Assembly: GCF_009914755.1 (NCBI RefSeq)
Contig: NC_060931.1
Length of the DNA: 64,000 bases
DNA from: the human T2T-CHM13v2.0 reference genome, Homo sapiens
Direction: 5' to 3' (one strand)
Shown: piece after piece, positions 1 to 14,682 of the stretch
Position numbering within the stretch: the stretch's first letter is position 1
Layout of the letters: each line of letters starts with the position of its first letter
Notes under the pieces: generated by a model
Databases searched by the model: none
Told to the model about the DNA's origin: nothing
The model's input: only the letters and a program-made list of their open reading frames with translations
Program-made: the position numbers and the translations under genes

Positions 1-30
1 GATTACAGACATGAGCCACCGTGCCCAGCC
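1..30 (-). mobile_element. Alu 5' end (runs off the window)
   Basis: gattacagacatgagccaccgtgcccagcc is the reverse complement of the Alu 5' terminus. Confidence 0.9.
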
Positions 31-589
31 TGTGGCATACATTTTCCACCACATAAGTATAATTGCTGGACATACTTGACCCTCAGGACAAAGACAAAAA
101 AATCAGACTCCAGCCTCTTGAGACTCTCCCACTTAGCAAATGATTGGCAGCATTATGGAGACTTAGGGAAGAACCTTCATCCCACCTAAGGCACATGGCC
201 TTATCTATTAAAAGATCTTTGCTTTGTAATACCTTAATTGGTCATTACCATAACAAACAATTAACATATAATAAATATTTATTAATAAGAATACACATAG
301 AAGAGTTGTGCTACAAACCATAGATAAAAACAAAAATCTGGCTCATACTTGAATAGGAAATCTATGAGATGAAAGTCTTAACTCTTTATGGAAAAAGAAA
401 ATGCACGAGTCAAGAAAGAAGTACATTAAATTACCAGGAAAACCCTGCAAGGATCAGGATTCCACTTTTCTGTTGTCAAAGAGCAATTTACTTTCAGAGC
501 TACCCCAAGAGTTAGGCCTCAAGTGTGTTCTCTGATAAACTCTGTTGACTCTAAAAAAAACCCTAAGACTACTGTTTATTGAATGCCTG

Positions 590-700
590 CCGAGTGCCCT
601 TGGTTTAATCTATATTATCTCATTTTGTGCTCACAACAACATTTCAAAGTGGGCATTATTAGCTTCATCTTTAAAGGTACAGAGATAAAGACCCCAGTCA
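590..700 (-). mobile_element. MIR fragment
   Basis: tatctcattttgtgctcacaacaac...ggcattattagcttcatcttt...acagag resembles the MIR core. Confidence 0.5.
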
Positions 701-2041
701 CCAGCAGAGGTACAATTGGACTTATTTCTAAAAGATGAAAAAATGCCCTCAATGTGTGATTGAAGCAAGTTCATGAAATTGCTTCAAAATCTTCCTGTGG
801 GGAATGGAATTAGAAACATGTTCCCCACCTCCAAAAACAGTGCAAATAAGAATTATACTTTCACCTCTAAGCTGATCTTTAAATTCAGCTTTTAGTTCCT
901 GTTGAGATTTAGTATTGGTTGACTCCTATTCAAGACAACTGACACTTCAGTTAGTTGATTAGTGAATAGACAGGGTTATAATAAAATAAAATAAAAGGCA
1001 GTCTCTTTAGAGAAAGTGCCTCAGCAGGATTTGAATGGGCACTGGGGAGAGGAGCACTCCCCATTCAGTAGAATAGTTACTCAAGGTGACCCCGCTCCTC
1101 AGTCCTCAGGCAATCTTTGAAAGGAACTAAAATTGAAAGCATACAGAGAGGCAGAAAGAGCTGGCCCAAAAAGTGACACTCAGTGGTGGTCTTTTCTCCT
1201 TTCAGTTCTTCCCTTTCACATGCAATTGTGTACCTCGGTGTCCTATCTCTCTGAAGCTCATTCTAAATACACTTCAGTAGTTTGAGTAGATTTTTAAATT
1301 CTATTTAATTTTTATGTTTTTTGAGTGATTTACAATGTGTCTAGGAAAGGTTGCTCTGTGGTATGTTGCTACTGAAGCTCCAATAGGGAGCAAAGACAAT
1401 ATCTGCTTTTTATGTTTTGCTTTGTTTATCTTATTTAATCCTACAATACCCTCTCAGAGGTAGGTAGGGGTCAGGTTTTATTATTTTTATTTACAGGCTG
1501 GAAGTGAAATAAAATCCAGGTAGGTGTTAAATGTCATACTAGAAGCAAGCAGAACTTACAGGAATATGTAACTGAGCCAAAATACACTAAACAAGCATTT
1601 TTCAAATAATTATCCATGGGGTCCAATAGATGATTTTTTGGAAAAAGAGTTTCTTAGTCAAATATATTTGCATAATCTTCCATATTACATGTGCTTCTTG
1701 AGATAAACAGTGCTCACATTAAAGACTCTGTGAAATCCTGAAATTAAAAACAATCTCAAAAACGTTTAACTCAGTATCATTTCATCTAGTACATTGTGTT
1801 TGCTTGTTTAGTAAGTATCTGTTTGTAGCAACAACATATATTTTAGGAAATACTCCATGAAAGCATACCATCTCTCAATACCTCTATATACCCCTGTAAA
1901 GTAACAAGATAAACAAACTATTTGCCTCAGATAGGGACACATCTAAATTATCACCAAAGAAAGGTTGTGGGAGGGATGGAAGGAAGGGTGAGAGAGCTGC
2001 TTTCTTATTTGACTTTGCCATTTCTGTCAATAGTCATTTTC

Positions 2042-3622
<1,581 letters not shown>

Positions 3623-3969
3623 AGTCATTTTCAACCCTATGGTTTCTCCTCAGCTCAGTCGCTCTGCTTAGCTGCTTGGTTTACTCCACTGCTCAACCCC
3701 CACTCCCATTGATTGGATTATATTCCCTCAATAAACAGAAAGAACACCTATTAAACTACTGGGCCCTGGGTCAGTCACAGAGAGACTAAAATCAAAGCAC
3801 AGCTCTTGTCCTGGAGGAGCTCTTTACCTAATAAAGGGAAAGCGCGGGTAGGGGGTGGGAAACCAATACAAGCAGACAAGACAAGCCCTGAGGAGAAGCC
3901 TCCAACACAGGCAGGACAGAGGTCTTGCTGCATGAGGTGGGACATGGCTCCTTACTGCTTCTTCAGTAG

Positions 3970-4624
<655 letters not shown>

Positions 4625-5219
4625 ATGGTACCATTATAGAAAGCAGTGCTTGCTGATATGGATGACAAACAGATTTAGCAAATCATAACGAATAAGATGT
4701 TCAAAGAGAGCAATTTCTACCAAGGCATGTAGATGAGAAAAGCAGGTTCATTTGGAACACTGCATGATTAGATCCTCCCATAGAGGGAGACTATCTAAAA
4801 GAGAGTTAGATGTAACATGAATGTTAGCTGTAACATGGTAAAGAGTTTGAACTTTATCCTGAAGAAAGTACCATTGGTAAATACATATAACTTTTAACCC
4901 CTTAAGTCATTTTAAGTCTCTAAAGATTCTCTCACGTTTTGAAACTGCATATTCTCAAATCTTGAATCCCCACTCTTTTTCTGTGTACATATCCAAAATC
5001 TATCCATGCATCCAGATCAAACTATTTCAACTCATTATACCATAATTTCCCTAACTATCTCAACCCAGACTTCTTCTTCCTGTGAATTCCTCTGCAAACA
5101 CTGACTGTGTATTCATGTACTACCTTATAAGTTACTATTTATAAATACATATATCTCCTACTGAACTCTATAGCAAACACCTCAAAAGCAGGGAACCATA
5201 TTGTATATCCTAGGAACAC

Positions 5220-5740
5220 TGTGGTAGGAAGCCTCTAACTGGCCTCTCTAATACCCCTCTCCTAGTATTCATGCCTTTGTGCAACCCCCTTTCCTTGAGT
5301 GTGGGCTGGACCCAGTGACTCACTTCTAACAAATAGAATACCATAAAAGTGACAGGGGTTTGTTTCTAATAATAGGTTACAAACAACTCTGGCTTTTTCT
5401 TTCTCTTCTTCTCTTGTTCCCCTGTTTCTCACTCACTTTGAAAAAAGTCACCTGCTAGATTGTAAGCTGCCTTATAGAGAGACCCATGCGGCAAGAAACT
5501 GATGTATCTCCAGCCAGCAGCATGTGAGCTATGAAGAAACTTGAAAGCTGATTCTAATTCAGGAGAGCCCTGAGATGACTTCAGCCTCAAAGGACATTTG
5601 GTAGCAGCCTTATAAGATACTCTGAACCAGAGATGCCCAGCTAAGCTGCAACTGATTCCAGACAATCAGTAATGAAAATAAATATATATTGTTTTAAACT
5701 ACTAAGTTGTGGGATAATTTGTTACACAGTCATAGCTTTA
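5220..5740 (+). mobile_element. MaLR LTR (MLT1E/F-like)
   Basis: tgtggtaggaagcctctaa...gagtgtgggctggacccagtgact...gttttaaactactaagttgtgggataatttgttacacag, typical of MLT1. Confidence 0.85.
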
Positions 5741-6675
5741 AAAAGTCTAAAGTAACAAGCTACAGAATAAACATAAAATATTTCTGAGGACAGTTGAATA
5801 GATAAATGGAAGAATGTATTGGAAATAATGGATCCAACGTTTATTGGATGAATGAATCCAAGATGGATATTCATAAAAATTCCCTCAGGTTTATTTTGTA
5901 TTAAAATAGCCACAAACTTATCTTTATATTATACAAATATCCTTGCTTTTATTCCTTTGGAAATTTTAATTATAGGAATGGTTATTGTGAATTAAACTTT
6001 TCTTTGAGTTTTTATGCAAAACACACAATTGAAAGGCACAGAAGATATACTCAACAGGGAATCCACTTGCTTACTCACATTTCATACCACTGATGCTCTT
6101 CTCTCACATAGGCATGGCTATTTCCATGGAACTATGACGCTGAGAACCTCTGCCAAGAAGGCATTTATGGACTCAGTGTGCCTGGGGCTTACAGGTGACA
6201 GAGAGAAAGCAAGACATCCATGTAAGGAAGCAGGGTGCACCATCTTTTCCATGAGTAGTAACCATGGAATGTTCTCTTGATTAAAAGTTAGTCTAGAATG
6301 GGATCCGAGAATCAACATTTTTAGGAAAACATCCAAGTTCGGAACTGAGATATAAGTGGAACTCAGACAAGATATTCAACATAGGAGACCAAACTTGGAT
6401 GTTTTCCTTTCATGCTCTTGCTTTCTCTAGGAGACTGAGAGAACTGAACTATGAGTTCTTTCTCTGCCCCACTGTTATAGTTAACAATAATTCCGAGAGG
6501 TGGTCTCACACACCAAAGGGAATGTGTGCAGAAGTAGCAAATGATTCAGCAGTTTCATTTTAAGCCTTATCCAAAAGTCTGTTCAATCCATGGGCTCTTT
6601 ATACTTGGAAAAGATTAATTTTCCTACCAGATAAAATGTTTTAAGAACAAACATGGTTTGTTCTTACTTCTCTGC

Positions 6676-7493
6676 TGTATTAGTTACATTCCAGTCAGAA
6701 GGTAGAAACTTCACAATAATTTGAACAGGGAAAGTTTAATATAAAGAAATAGTAACAAGGGATAGGAGTCACGGGGAATTATGTAAAAGTGGGTGGGACG
6801 AAGAAAGCTCTGAGGGATAAGGGCTGCTGGGGGAGAGTACTCAAGAAAGGAACAGCTTGGAGGAAGAGAATCCTTCCCAAAGCTGGAATTCAGATCCCAT
6901 TGAGGAGGGTATAGTTGAAGCAAACTAGATAATGGGAAATTTAACTGGGTTGTTCCAAATCACAGAGAGTCCCCAGCTGTCAGTTAGGCCAATTGAGAAC
7001 TGTTTTTTGGGACACTGATGAATTTCACAGGAAGCTGCTTGAATAGGTTGCTGTTGACCTGCTGGAAAGCCAGCTGGGGCAGCAGCTGGACTCATGGGAA
7101 AGCCACCTGGAAGCAGTGGAAGTCCAAAGGATATATTGATACTTAACTGGAAAACCATGCAACTTGTTAGCTCCTCTCAGGAATACCATTGAACTTGTTG
7201 CTGGAAACAGCCCAAGGTGGGGATTGTGCTGAGGGAAGCTGGGGAGATGTAACTTGCTGCTAGATGTCAGAATATTGCTGAAAAAAAGCCATGCCTTCTG
7301 CAGGAGCTCAGCTAGAGCAGCACATTTGCAACTAGAGGAGCACACTCAAACCTGAAACGAAACAAAAACTATCCTCTGGTGTCCCTTCAATATCCTCTGC
7401 TGACAATGTTAAACAAGGCCCATGTCGTTATCACAGAGCAGGAAAAAAAGGGTGAATTTAGAGCTGAGAGGCCATAAATGGATAACTGGCACA
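6676..7493 (-). mobile_element. Ancient solo LTR (ERVL/Gypsy-type, family uncertain)
   Basis: Starts tgtattagt, ends taactggcaca; 5-bp TSD tctgc/tctac with one mismatch. Confidence 0.7.
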
Positions 7494-8134
7494 TCTACCT
7501 ACAAACTAAATTAAAGGTTTTCTTTTCTAAGAGACATTTTTCCAAAATGCATCCTACTATATATATTTAATTCATGGGAAAATGTCATTTTCCTCAGAAG
7601 TAGGTAAAAAATATTATGTGAATTAGCATTTAAAGTACAACTTTTGTACTTTCTCATTTATTTGTCTAAGTGTCTCTGTTTTCAATCTAGACAGATAGCT
7701 GTACTACCAGGAAAACAACACTTGCTGTTAGTGTCTAACTGACAATGTTGCATAAGTCTATTTACTTAAAATGAACTGGAAGTGATCCTGGAAAATCTGT
7801 ACATCTCTTTTTAATTTTAATTTTGAGAATAAGAGGCTTGGAAGGCTCATAGTATCCACAGATGACAGCTATATGGAGAGCTATTTGGTCAGCAACCACA
7901 GGTTTATCTATCCCAAATTCATTTTTCTCCTCACTTATATTCTAAAAAAAAATTCAGTTTTTGAGTCATTTCTTGGATTAATTAACTATTTCTAGTATAC
8001 CCTAAGAAATTACAGACGTAATTCTAAAAAGAGTAGCACAGTAAATAATTAAGTCAGTGCATTAGCAGAGGCAAGTAACAAGGAAATGATCTCTATTGGC
8101 GGCAAAAGAAGGGAATAATTTTTTTAATGTAGAA

Positions 8135-8335
8135 CAGGGATCAGCAAACTTTTCCTGTAAAGGGTTAAATAGCAAATATTTTAGGCTTTGTGGGCTGGAT
8201 GGCGTCTATTGCAACTACTCAACTCTGCTCTGTAGCATGAAAGCAGCCATAAGTAGTATGTTCCATTAAAACTTTATTTAGAAAAACACTCAGCAGGCAG
8301 AGTTTGGCCCATGTGTGGTAGTTAGCCAACCCCTG
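8135..8335. mobile_element. MER58A (hAT-Charlie MITE)
   Basis: TIRs cagggatcagcaaact...gttagccaacccctg; degenerate 8-bp TSD atgtagaa/aagcagaa. Confidence 0.9.
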
Positions 8336-8911
8336 AAGCAGAAAAACAGAAGGAAAATTGGATAAAGGGGACATTTCAGAGGGGAGAAATAAGCCGCATA
8401 ATAGCTCCTGACATCTAAAGATGTGAAAGCTACAAAAATTGTAAGTCTTGGCTCATTAGCCAGCTTAGAAATTTTGCCCAAGGAAGACGTAGCACAGTAG
8501 GCATGGACTATGGCCTAACACAAACCTGGAAGCTGCCTACAAGTTAAGCCTCACTTTTCTCTTCCACACAATAGAGAAATAATATTTTAATCACCTAGTT
8601 TTTGTGAGAAGCAAATAATATAAAGCTGCATTATAGATGCTCACTAGCTGTTCTACATCCTTTGCGTCTCAATTTCCTCATCTTTTATTAAGCAGCTTGC
8701 ATTAAGTTAAGCTCTAAGATCCTTTTCAAGTTTAATATATGATGACGGGCATCATAGTTTTGGGGCTGTCCAACAAAGGATGTGTATCATAACTTAATCA
8801 AGCAGCGACGGCCTTTGTTGTCCACCATCACAGACTCATCAAAACTGTTTTTTTCTAGTGCAAAAGAAACACATGAGGACACTTTCAAGTTCTTCTATCA
8901 AACTGTCTAAA

Positions 8912-9603
8912 CAGTGGCTCTCAATAGGAGGAGAGGGTTATTATCACTATGATTTTTGTGTATCTCCAGTATTGGGAGATCTACCAGCACTTATTTAGTG
9001 GGCAGGAGTCAGGGGTGCTAGGCTTTCTGTAATGTATGAAACAGCACTGTATTCTGTACGGATTTTTATTTTCCCACTGGACATCACATGAGTTTAATAC
9101 TTGTTAATTTTCTGAGCTTAGAACCAAATCCATTTCACTTATAAATACAAGGCATTTTTGAACTCTTAGTGTACAGTGATTTTTTTCAGAAATGTAAATA
9201 CCATGTAAATTGATGGAAGATTTTACTTCGTTTTTATCAGTACTTTACGAAGACTAAAAGAAAAGATTTCCAAGAAAAGCACATCATTGATGCCAATGCC
9301 TGTTATGACATTTGAGTCATAAATGTACTGTACTCATATCAGTCTTCAGTCATATCCACAGTGTTTCTCTATGGGAAAGCATCTGACTGCCACATTTTTT
9401 GTTTTGAAAGCATCTGACTACCACATTTTGTGTCATATTTGCTTTAAAACACACGTGACTTAATTATTTCTTCTTTAAGAATTGGAGAAATATATTAGTG
9501 TTTTAAAAATTACATGTGCTAGTAGGTTATATCATTTATAAATTTATTTTCAGATTACTAAATAGGCGGTCACCTAGCATCTGATAGGATTGAGGACTCC
9601 CCT
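8912..9603. mobile_element. hAT-Charlie DNA transposon relic
   Basis: Starts cagtggctctcaa, ends ...ggattgaggactcc (degenerate Charlie TIRs); MER20-like subterminal sequence. Confidence 0.55.
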
Positions 9604-10280
9604 AGAAATTATCCTAAGCAATCCTTGTCCTAGATTTCTTTTATTAATGACCAATGAGTAAAGAAGACAACGTAACTTTGTCTCAAGTTTCCTAGAGCAG
9701 ATATTATAGACTTTCGTTAAATATCTTATATTGGCTGATGCCACCACGTCACTGATAAGATGAAACTTCAAAGAAGTTACTTTCTAATACAAACACTAAA
9801 GTCTGATTTTCCATGAGATAGAAAAATAGTGGATTCTGTAGTCCCCTTTATTTGTAGAAAGATGATTAGTGCCTTCCTGGCCATGAACAAAATAAGACTT
9901 CTCCCTGAAGTCGCTACACTTACTATCCTCTTAATAAAACATCTGAGGCTCAGGGAAAACATTTCAACAGCCAGAAACAGCTGGCATTGTCCCACCAGAT
10001 CTTCCTGGAGAAGCTTCGGTGTTCAGATGTCTACAGTGATTCCTATTGGCATTATTATCAATTAACTCCCGCTTAGTGCTGAGTTTGTAGACTACAGCTT
10101 TTCTGGTTCAAATTTTTATAGCTGTTTCTCAGCTGTTTTGAAAGAGCCCTAGCAGTGCTTTTTAAAAACAGAAACCTGAGCAAAATGTCTTCAGTGACCC
10201 TTTTCCATTTCTATTTGAAATGAAGAGAAGGAAGCTCTTCAACCTACTAGGGGCTGAGATCCAAAATTTCTTCTTGCCCC

Positions 10281-10755
10281 AAGTTAAATAAGCCAGACAC
10301 AGAAAGACAAATAATGAATGAACTCACTTACATGTGAGATCTAAAATAATCAAACTCATAAACGCAGAGAGTAGAATAATGTTTTCCAGGGGATGAGAGG
10401 CGGGAGAAGTGGGGAGGTGATAGTCAAAGGGTAGAAAGTTTCAGTGATGCAAGACAAGTAAGTTCTGGAGATCACTTATACACCATAGAGTCTATAGCTA
10501 ACAATACCGTATTGTATGTTTAAAATTTGCCAAGAGAATGGATCTCATGTAACGTGTTCTTCCTCCACCTGCCCCCTCCAAAAAATAATATTAAAGGGGC
10601 AGGAGGAAACTTTGGGAGGTGATGCGTGTGTTTATGTCCTTGATGTAGTGGTGGTTTCATGGCTATATATTTATGACCAAACTTCTCGAGTTGTATATAT
10701 TAAATATGTACAGCTTTCACATGTCATTCATACTTCAATAAAGTGTTTTTAAATG
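10281..10755 (+). mobile_element. L1MA/L1MB 3' end
   Basis: aaataagccagacacagaaagacaaata...gaaactttgggaggtgatg...cttcaataaag. Confidence 0.85.
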
Positions 10756-12235
10756 TATTCTTACCAAAGAAAACACTCAAAGATTATTTCATGTAAAATG
10801 AAGATAAACATAAACTTTCATCACTGAAAGGTGCTAAACACAGATTAGAAAGTCCACCATGACAGGCATATGGAACTTTGAATGACCACTTTTTAATTTA
10901 TGCTTCTTCGTTTCCTCCATAGGTGAATGCTGGCTTTTCCAAAGAGATTCTTAGACTTTGTGGTAGCTCCTTCATGCCTCATGAAATGATTTAGATTGGC
11001 TTTAGAAATGTCATATTATTCTGTCCTTGTGAGGCCATTTCAGAAATGGTAGTTCAGAGTAAAACTGAATGGGCTTTTTTACCATCTCAGATAATAGAGT
11101 CAAATGACCAGATCAAGTTTCATATTTAAACTGGTCAGAGGGATTTTTGCTTCATACTTTATTGATACAGATGAAGTGACCAGTTAAAGTGGACTGGTTT
11201 TCACTTTATTTTACAACTCTGAGTGCTCTTAAGGCTGCAACAACTTCTGTCAACTATTTCAATGTTCTTAATATCTGAAGCATTGAATGTACCCTAACAA
11301 CCACAATTTGAAACAATTCTTAGCTTTTGAAAATGTTTTCCAAAGGATATATACTTTTTTAATTAATATGTAATTTCCATTACTGTTTGGCAATATCTCT
11401 CTGGTATATCAAATAACTTGCTTGCCATATTTGATGTGAATATCTCTTCTAGAGAACATATAAATTTGTATATAGAGCCAGGTTACCTCTGATTTCATTT
11501 AATCAAACTTTAGGTCTCCTCCTCCCACATTCTCAAGAGAGTAGACAGACTATAGCACTATCAAAAATCACACAAGGCACTCCTGAGATTCATTCAGGCC
11601 TTGAGCACATTTGATGACTAGGGGCTTCATGATTGGTTTTGGCTCAGAGGAAGGTCAAAAGTGCTTGGAGGATTGGGGAATTAGGGTGAAGATAACAGCA
11701 AGCTATCTCATTCATTTATGGCTCCTGTCTCCCAAGAAGTACTTTGGGTGCCTGTCTGAACTGCACTGAGAAGGGGTGCAGGTGAAGGACAGAGGCACTA
11801 GTGTGGGACCTGGTGGCATGGCTGCTTATTCAAGCTATTACCTAGAGTGGGGAAGAGGGTCTTAGGGATCCCTATGTGTCTCCGGTGTGGTGAGAACTCC
11901 AGCTAATGAAGTGTAGCTCTATCTCCTTGCCAGCATCCAGAGACAACCAATCTCTGGACATGTTGAGTCCCACCAGTTGTAGCAGTGGAGTATCATTTTC
12001 AAGTGCCTGTGAGGGGACAGAGCTCAGCAACAGAGTAGAAGAAAATGAGACAACAGTTTATGAATTTGCATGGGCTATCCCTAGGAACTACTAGAAATAA
12101 TTAGATGAAATTTATGGGGTGGTGAAACTTCTGTATTATTCATAAAGAAACATGAGCCAGTGGTTTATTATAAATAAGATGACCCTCTTTCTAGCCAAAG
12201 CTGGGGAAATTCCCATGCTTGAAATGCCATCCCAG

Positions 12236-13078
12236 AGATGTCATCTCACCCCAGTTAGAATGGCTATTATCAAAAAGACAAAAAATAACAAATGCTAATG
12301 AGGATGCGAAAAAAGGAGGAATGCTTGTACGCTGCTGGTGGGAAGGTAAAGTAGTATAGACATTACAGAAAACAGTATGGAGGTTTATCAAAAAGCTACA
12401 ACTAAAAATAAAACTACAACATGATCCAGCAATCCCACTACTGGTTATATATCCAAAAAAGAAGGAAATCAGCATATAGAAGAGAGATCTGGACTCCCAT
12501 ATTTATTGCAGCACTATCCGCAATAGCCAGGATATGGAATCAAACTAAGTGTCTATCAACAGATAAATGGATAAAGCAAATATAGTATATATGCACAATA
12601 AAATATTACCCAGCCATAAAAAATATGAAATCCTGTCACTTACAGAAACACGCATGCAACTGGAGATCATTATGTTAAGCGAAATAAGCCAGGCCCAGAA
12701 AGACAAACATGGCATGTTCTCACTCAAATGTGAGAGCTAAAGAAGTGGATCCCATAGAGGTAAAGAGTAGAATTGTAGTTACCAGAGTGTGCGGATGAAA
12801 GGCGGAGGCAGGGATGAAGAGAAGTGGTTAGTGGGTACAGAAATGCAGTTAGATAGAAGGAATAATTCTAGTATTAAATAACACAGTATGGAAATTATCT
12901 TCAACAGTGATATATTGGCAAAATAGCAAGAAGAGAGCTGTAATGTTCCTAACACACACACACAAATGTTTTAGGTGATTAATATCCCAGTTACCCTCAC
13001 TTGATAATTACACATGTATACATGTATCAAAATATTATATGCACCCCCAAAATGTGTACAACTATGTCAATTAAAAAC
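12236..13078 (+). mobile_element. L1MA ORF2 end and 3' UTR
   Basis: catctcaccccagttagaatggctattatcaaaaagac...gatccagcaatcccactactgg...tatgtcaattaaaaa. Confidence 0.92.
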
Positions 13079-13119
13079 ATACACACAAAATATCATCCTA
13101 AAGTCACATCATCATCCAA

Positions 13120-13790
13120 GACCACTCTTCTCAGCTCAGACTATGTATCCAACTGCCTACCTGATATCATGAGTTATATATCTCATGAATACATACAACT
13201 CAGTGTGACCAAATGATGTTTATATTTCTCCCAAAGCCTGTTTCTTTTCCACATTTCAGTGAGTGCTACAGCCACCTAAACCAGTCATTCTCAATCTTGA
13301 CTGCTACATATTAGAACCATCTGAGAGTTTTAAAACCCCATTAAGGCCTAAGCCCCATCCAAACCTATCAAATTAGAATCGAATCACTGGAAGTGGGGCC
13401 CAGGCATGGGGTACTTGTAAAATCTCCCAGGTGATTATAATATGTTGTTATCAGTTAGGGCCAGGACCTTGGAAGTCAACCCAACACTTCCATTTCCTCC
13501 TTCATTGCCCTCATCCAATGCATCACTGAAAACTGTTGTTGCTACTTTCGATATAGTTTATGAATCTCTCCACATTTTTTCACTAACCTTACCACCAACC
13601 TAACACAGGTGATAATCACCCCTTGCATAGATTAATGCAATGATCTCCTGATGGTCTCCCTTCATCCCCTTGTCCATCTCTAAGCAATTCTACTAACAAA
13701 TGGATCTTGCCCATGCTGTTTCTGCTACTTGGGACTATTTTGTTTCACCCTTTACCTGGCTTATTCCTGCTTATATTTCAAAATTCTATG
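13120..13790 (+). mobile_element. L2 fragments (interrupted by MER5B)
   Basis: ctcagactatgtatccaactgcctacctgatatc...accaccaacctaacacaggtgataatcacc...aatgatctcctgatggtctccc. Confidence 0.65.
13282..13445. mobile_element. MER5B-like MITE
   Basis: cagtcattctcaatcttgactgc...ttagaaccatctg...gtggggcccaggcatg...tctcccaggtgatt. Confidence 0.75.
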
Positions 13791-13944
13791 GCGTAAATAC
13801 CGTTATTCATTCATGCATTCATTAATTCAACAAATGTTTATAATACATAAACCACCACCAGTTTTTCCAATATTATCTAAACATTGGAAAGAGAACTATG
13901 AAAAGACAGATAACTACCCTGCTTTTTGGATGACAAACTAACAA

Positions 13945-14542
13945 ATATCTTATATTTTATATTAAATATCTTATATTAAATATCTTATATTTTATATAAG
14001 GTATAAAATATTTATATATAAATATATAAGATATAAAATATATATAAATATATAAGATATATAAGATATAAAATATTTATATATAAATATATAAAATTAT
14101 ATATTTTATATATCTTGTATATTTCATATAATATATATTTCTATATTATATTATATTACAATATTATATATTAAAATATAGTAATATATAATATATTATA
14201 GTATATATTATATATAGTATATAATATATAATACATTATAGGAATAATATATAATATATATTTTAACATAATATATAAATATATCATATATGATTATATA
14301 TAAATATTATAATTATATATTATAATACATAAATATAATATATTATATATTATAATACATAAATATAATATATTATATATATTATAATACATAAATATAA
14401 TATATTATATATATTATAATACATAAATATAATATATTATATATATTATAATACATAAATATAATATATTATATATATTATAATACATAAATATAATATA
14501 TTATATATATTATAATACATAAATATAATATATTATATATAT
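13945..14542. repeat. AT-rich low complexity ending in a 32-bp minisatellite (7 copies, ~14318-14542)
   Basis: tacataaa recurs at 14326, 14356, 14388, 14420, 14452, 14484 and 14516. Confidence 0.95.
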
Positions 14543-14682
14543 TATAGAAGAAATATTTAAACGGCCTCAGAGAAATAAAAGCCTATATAAATGTAAATAC
14601 ATTCATAAAATGGGGGTAGATTTATTTAGTCTATTTTCAGATGCAAAAATCAGAAAACAGGTTTAGTATTTCCACATAACAA
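14543..14682 (+). repeat. 140-bp dispersed duplicate of 19799-19939
   Basis: tatagaagaaatatttaaacggcctcagagaaa...cagaaaacaggtttagtatttcca occurs in both places. Confidence 0.97.
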
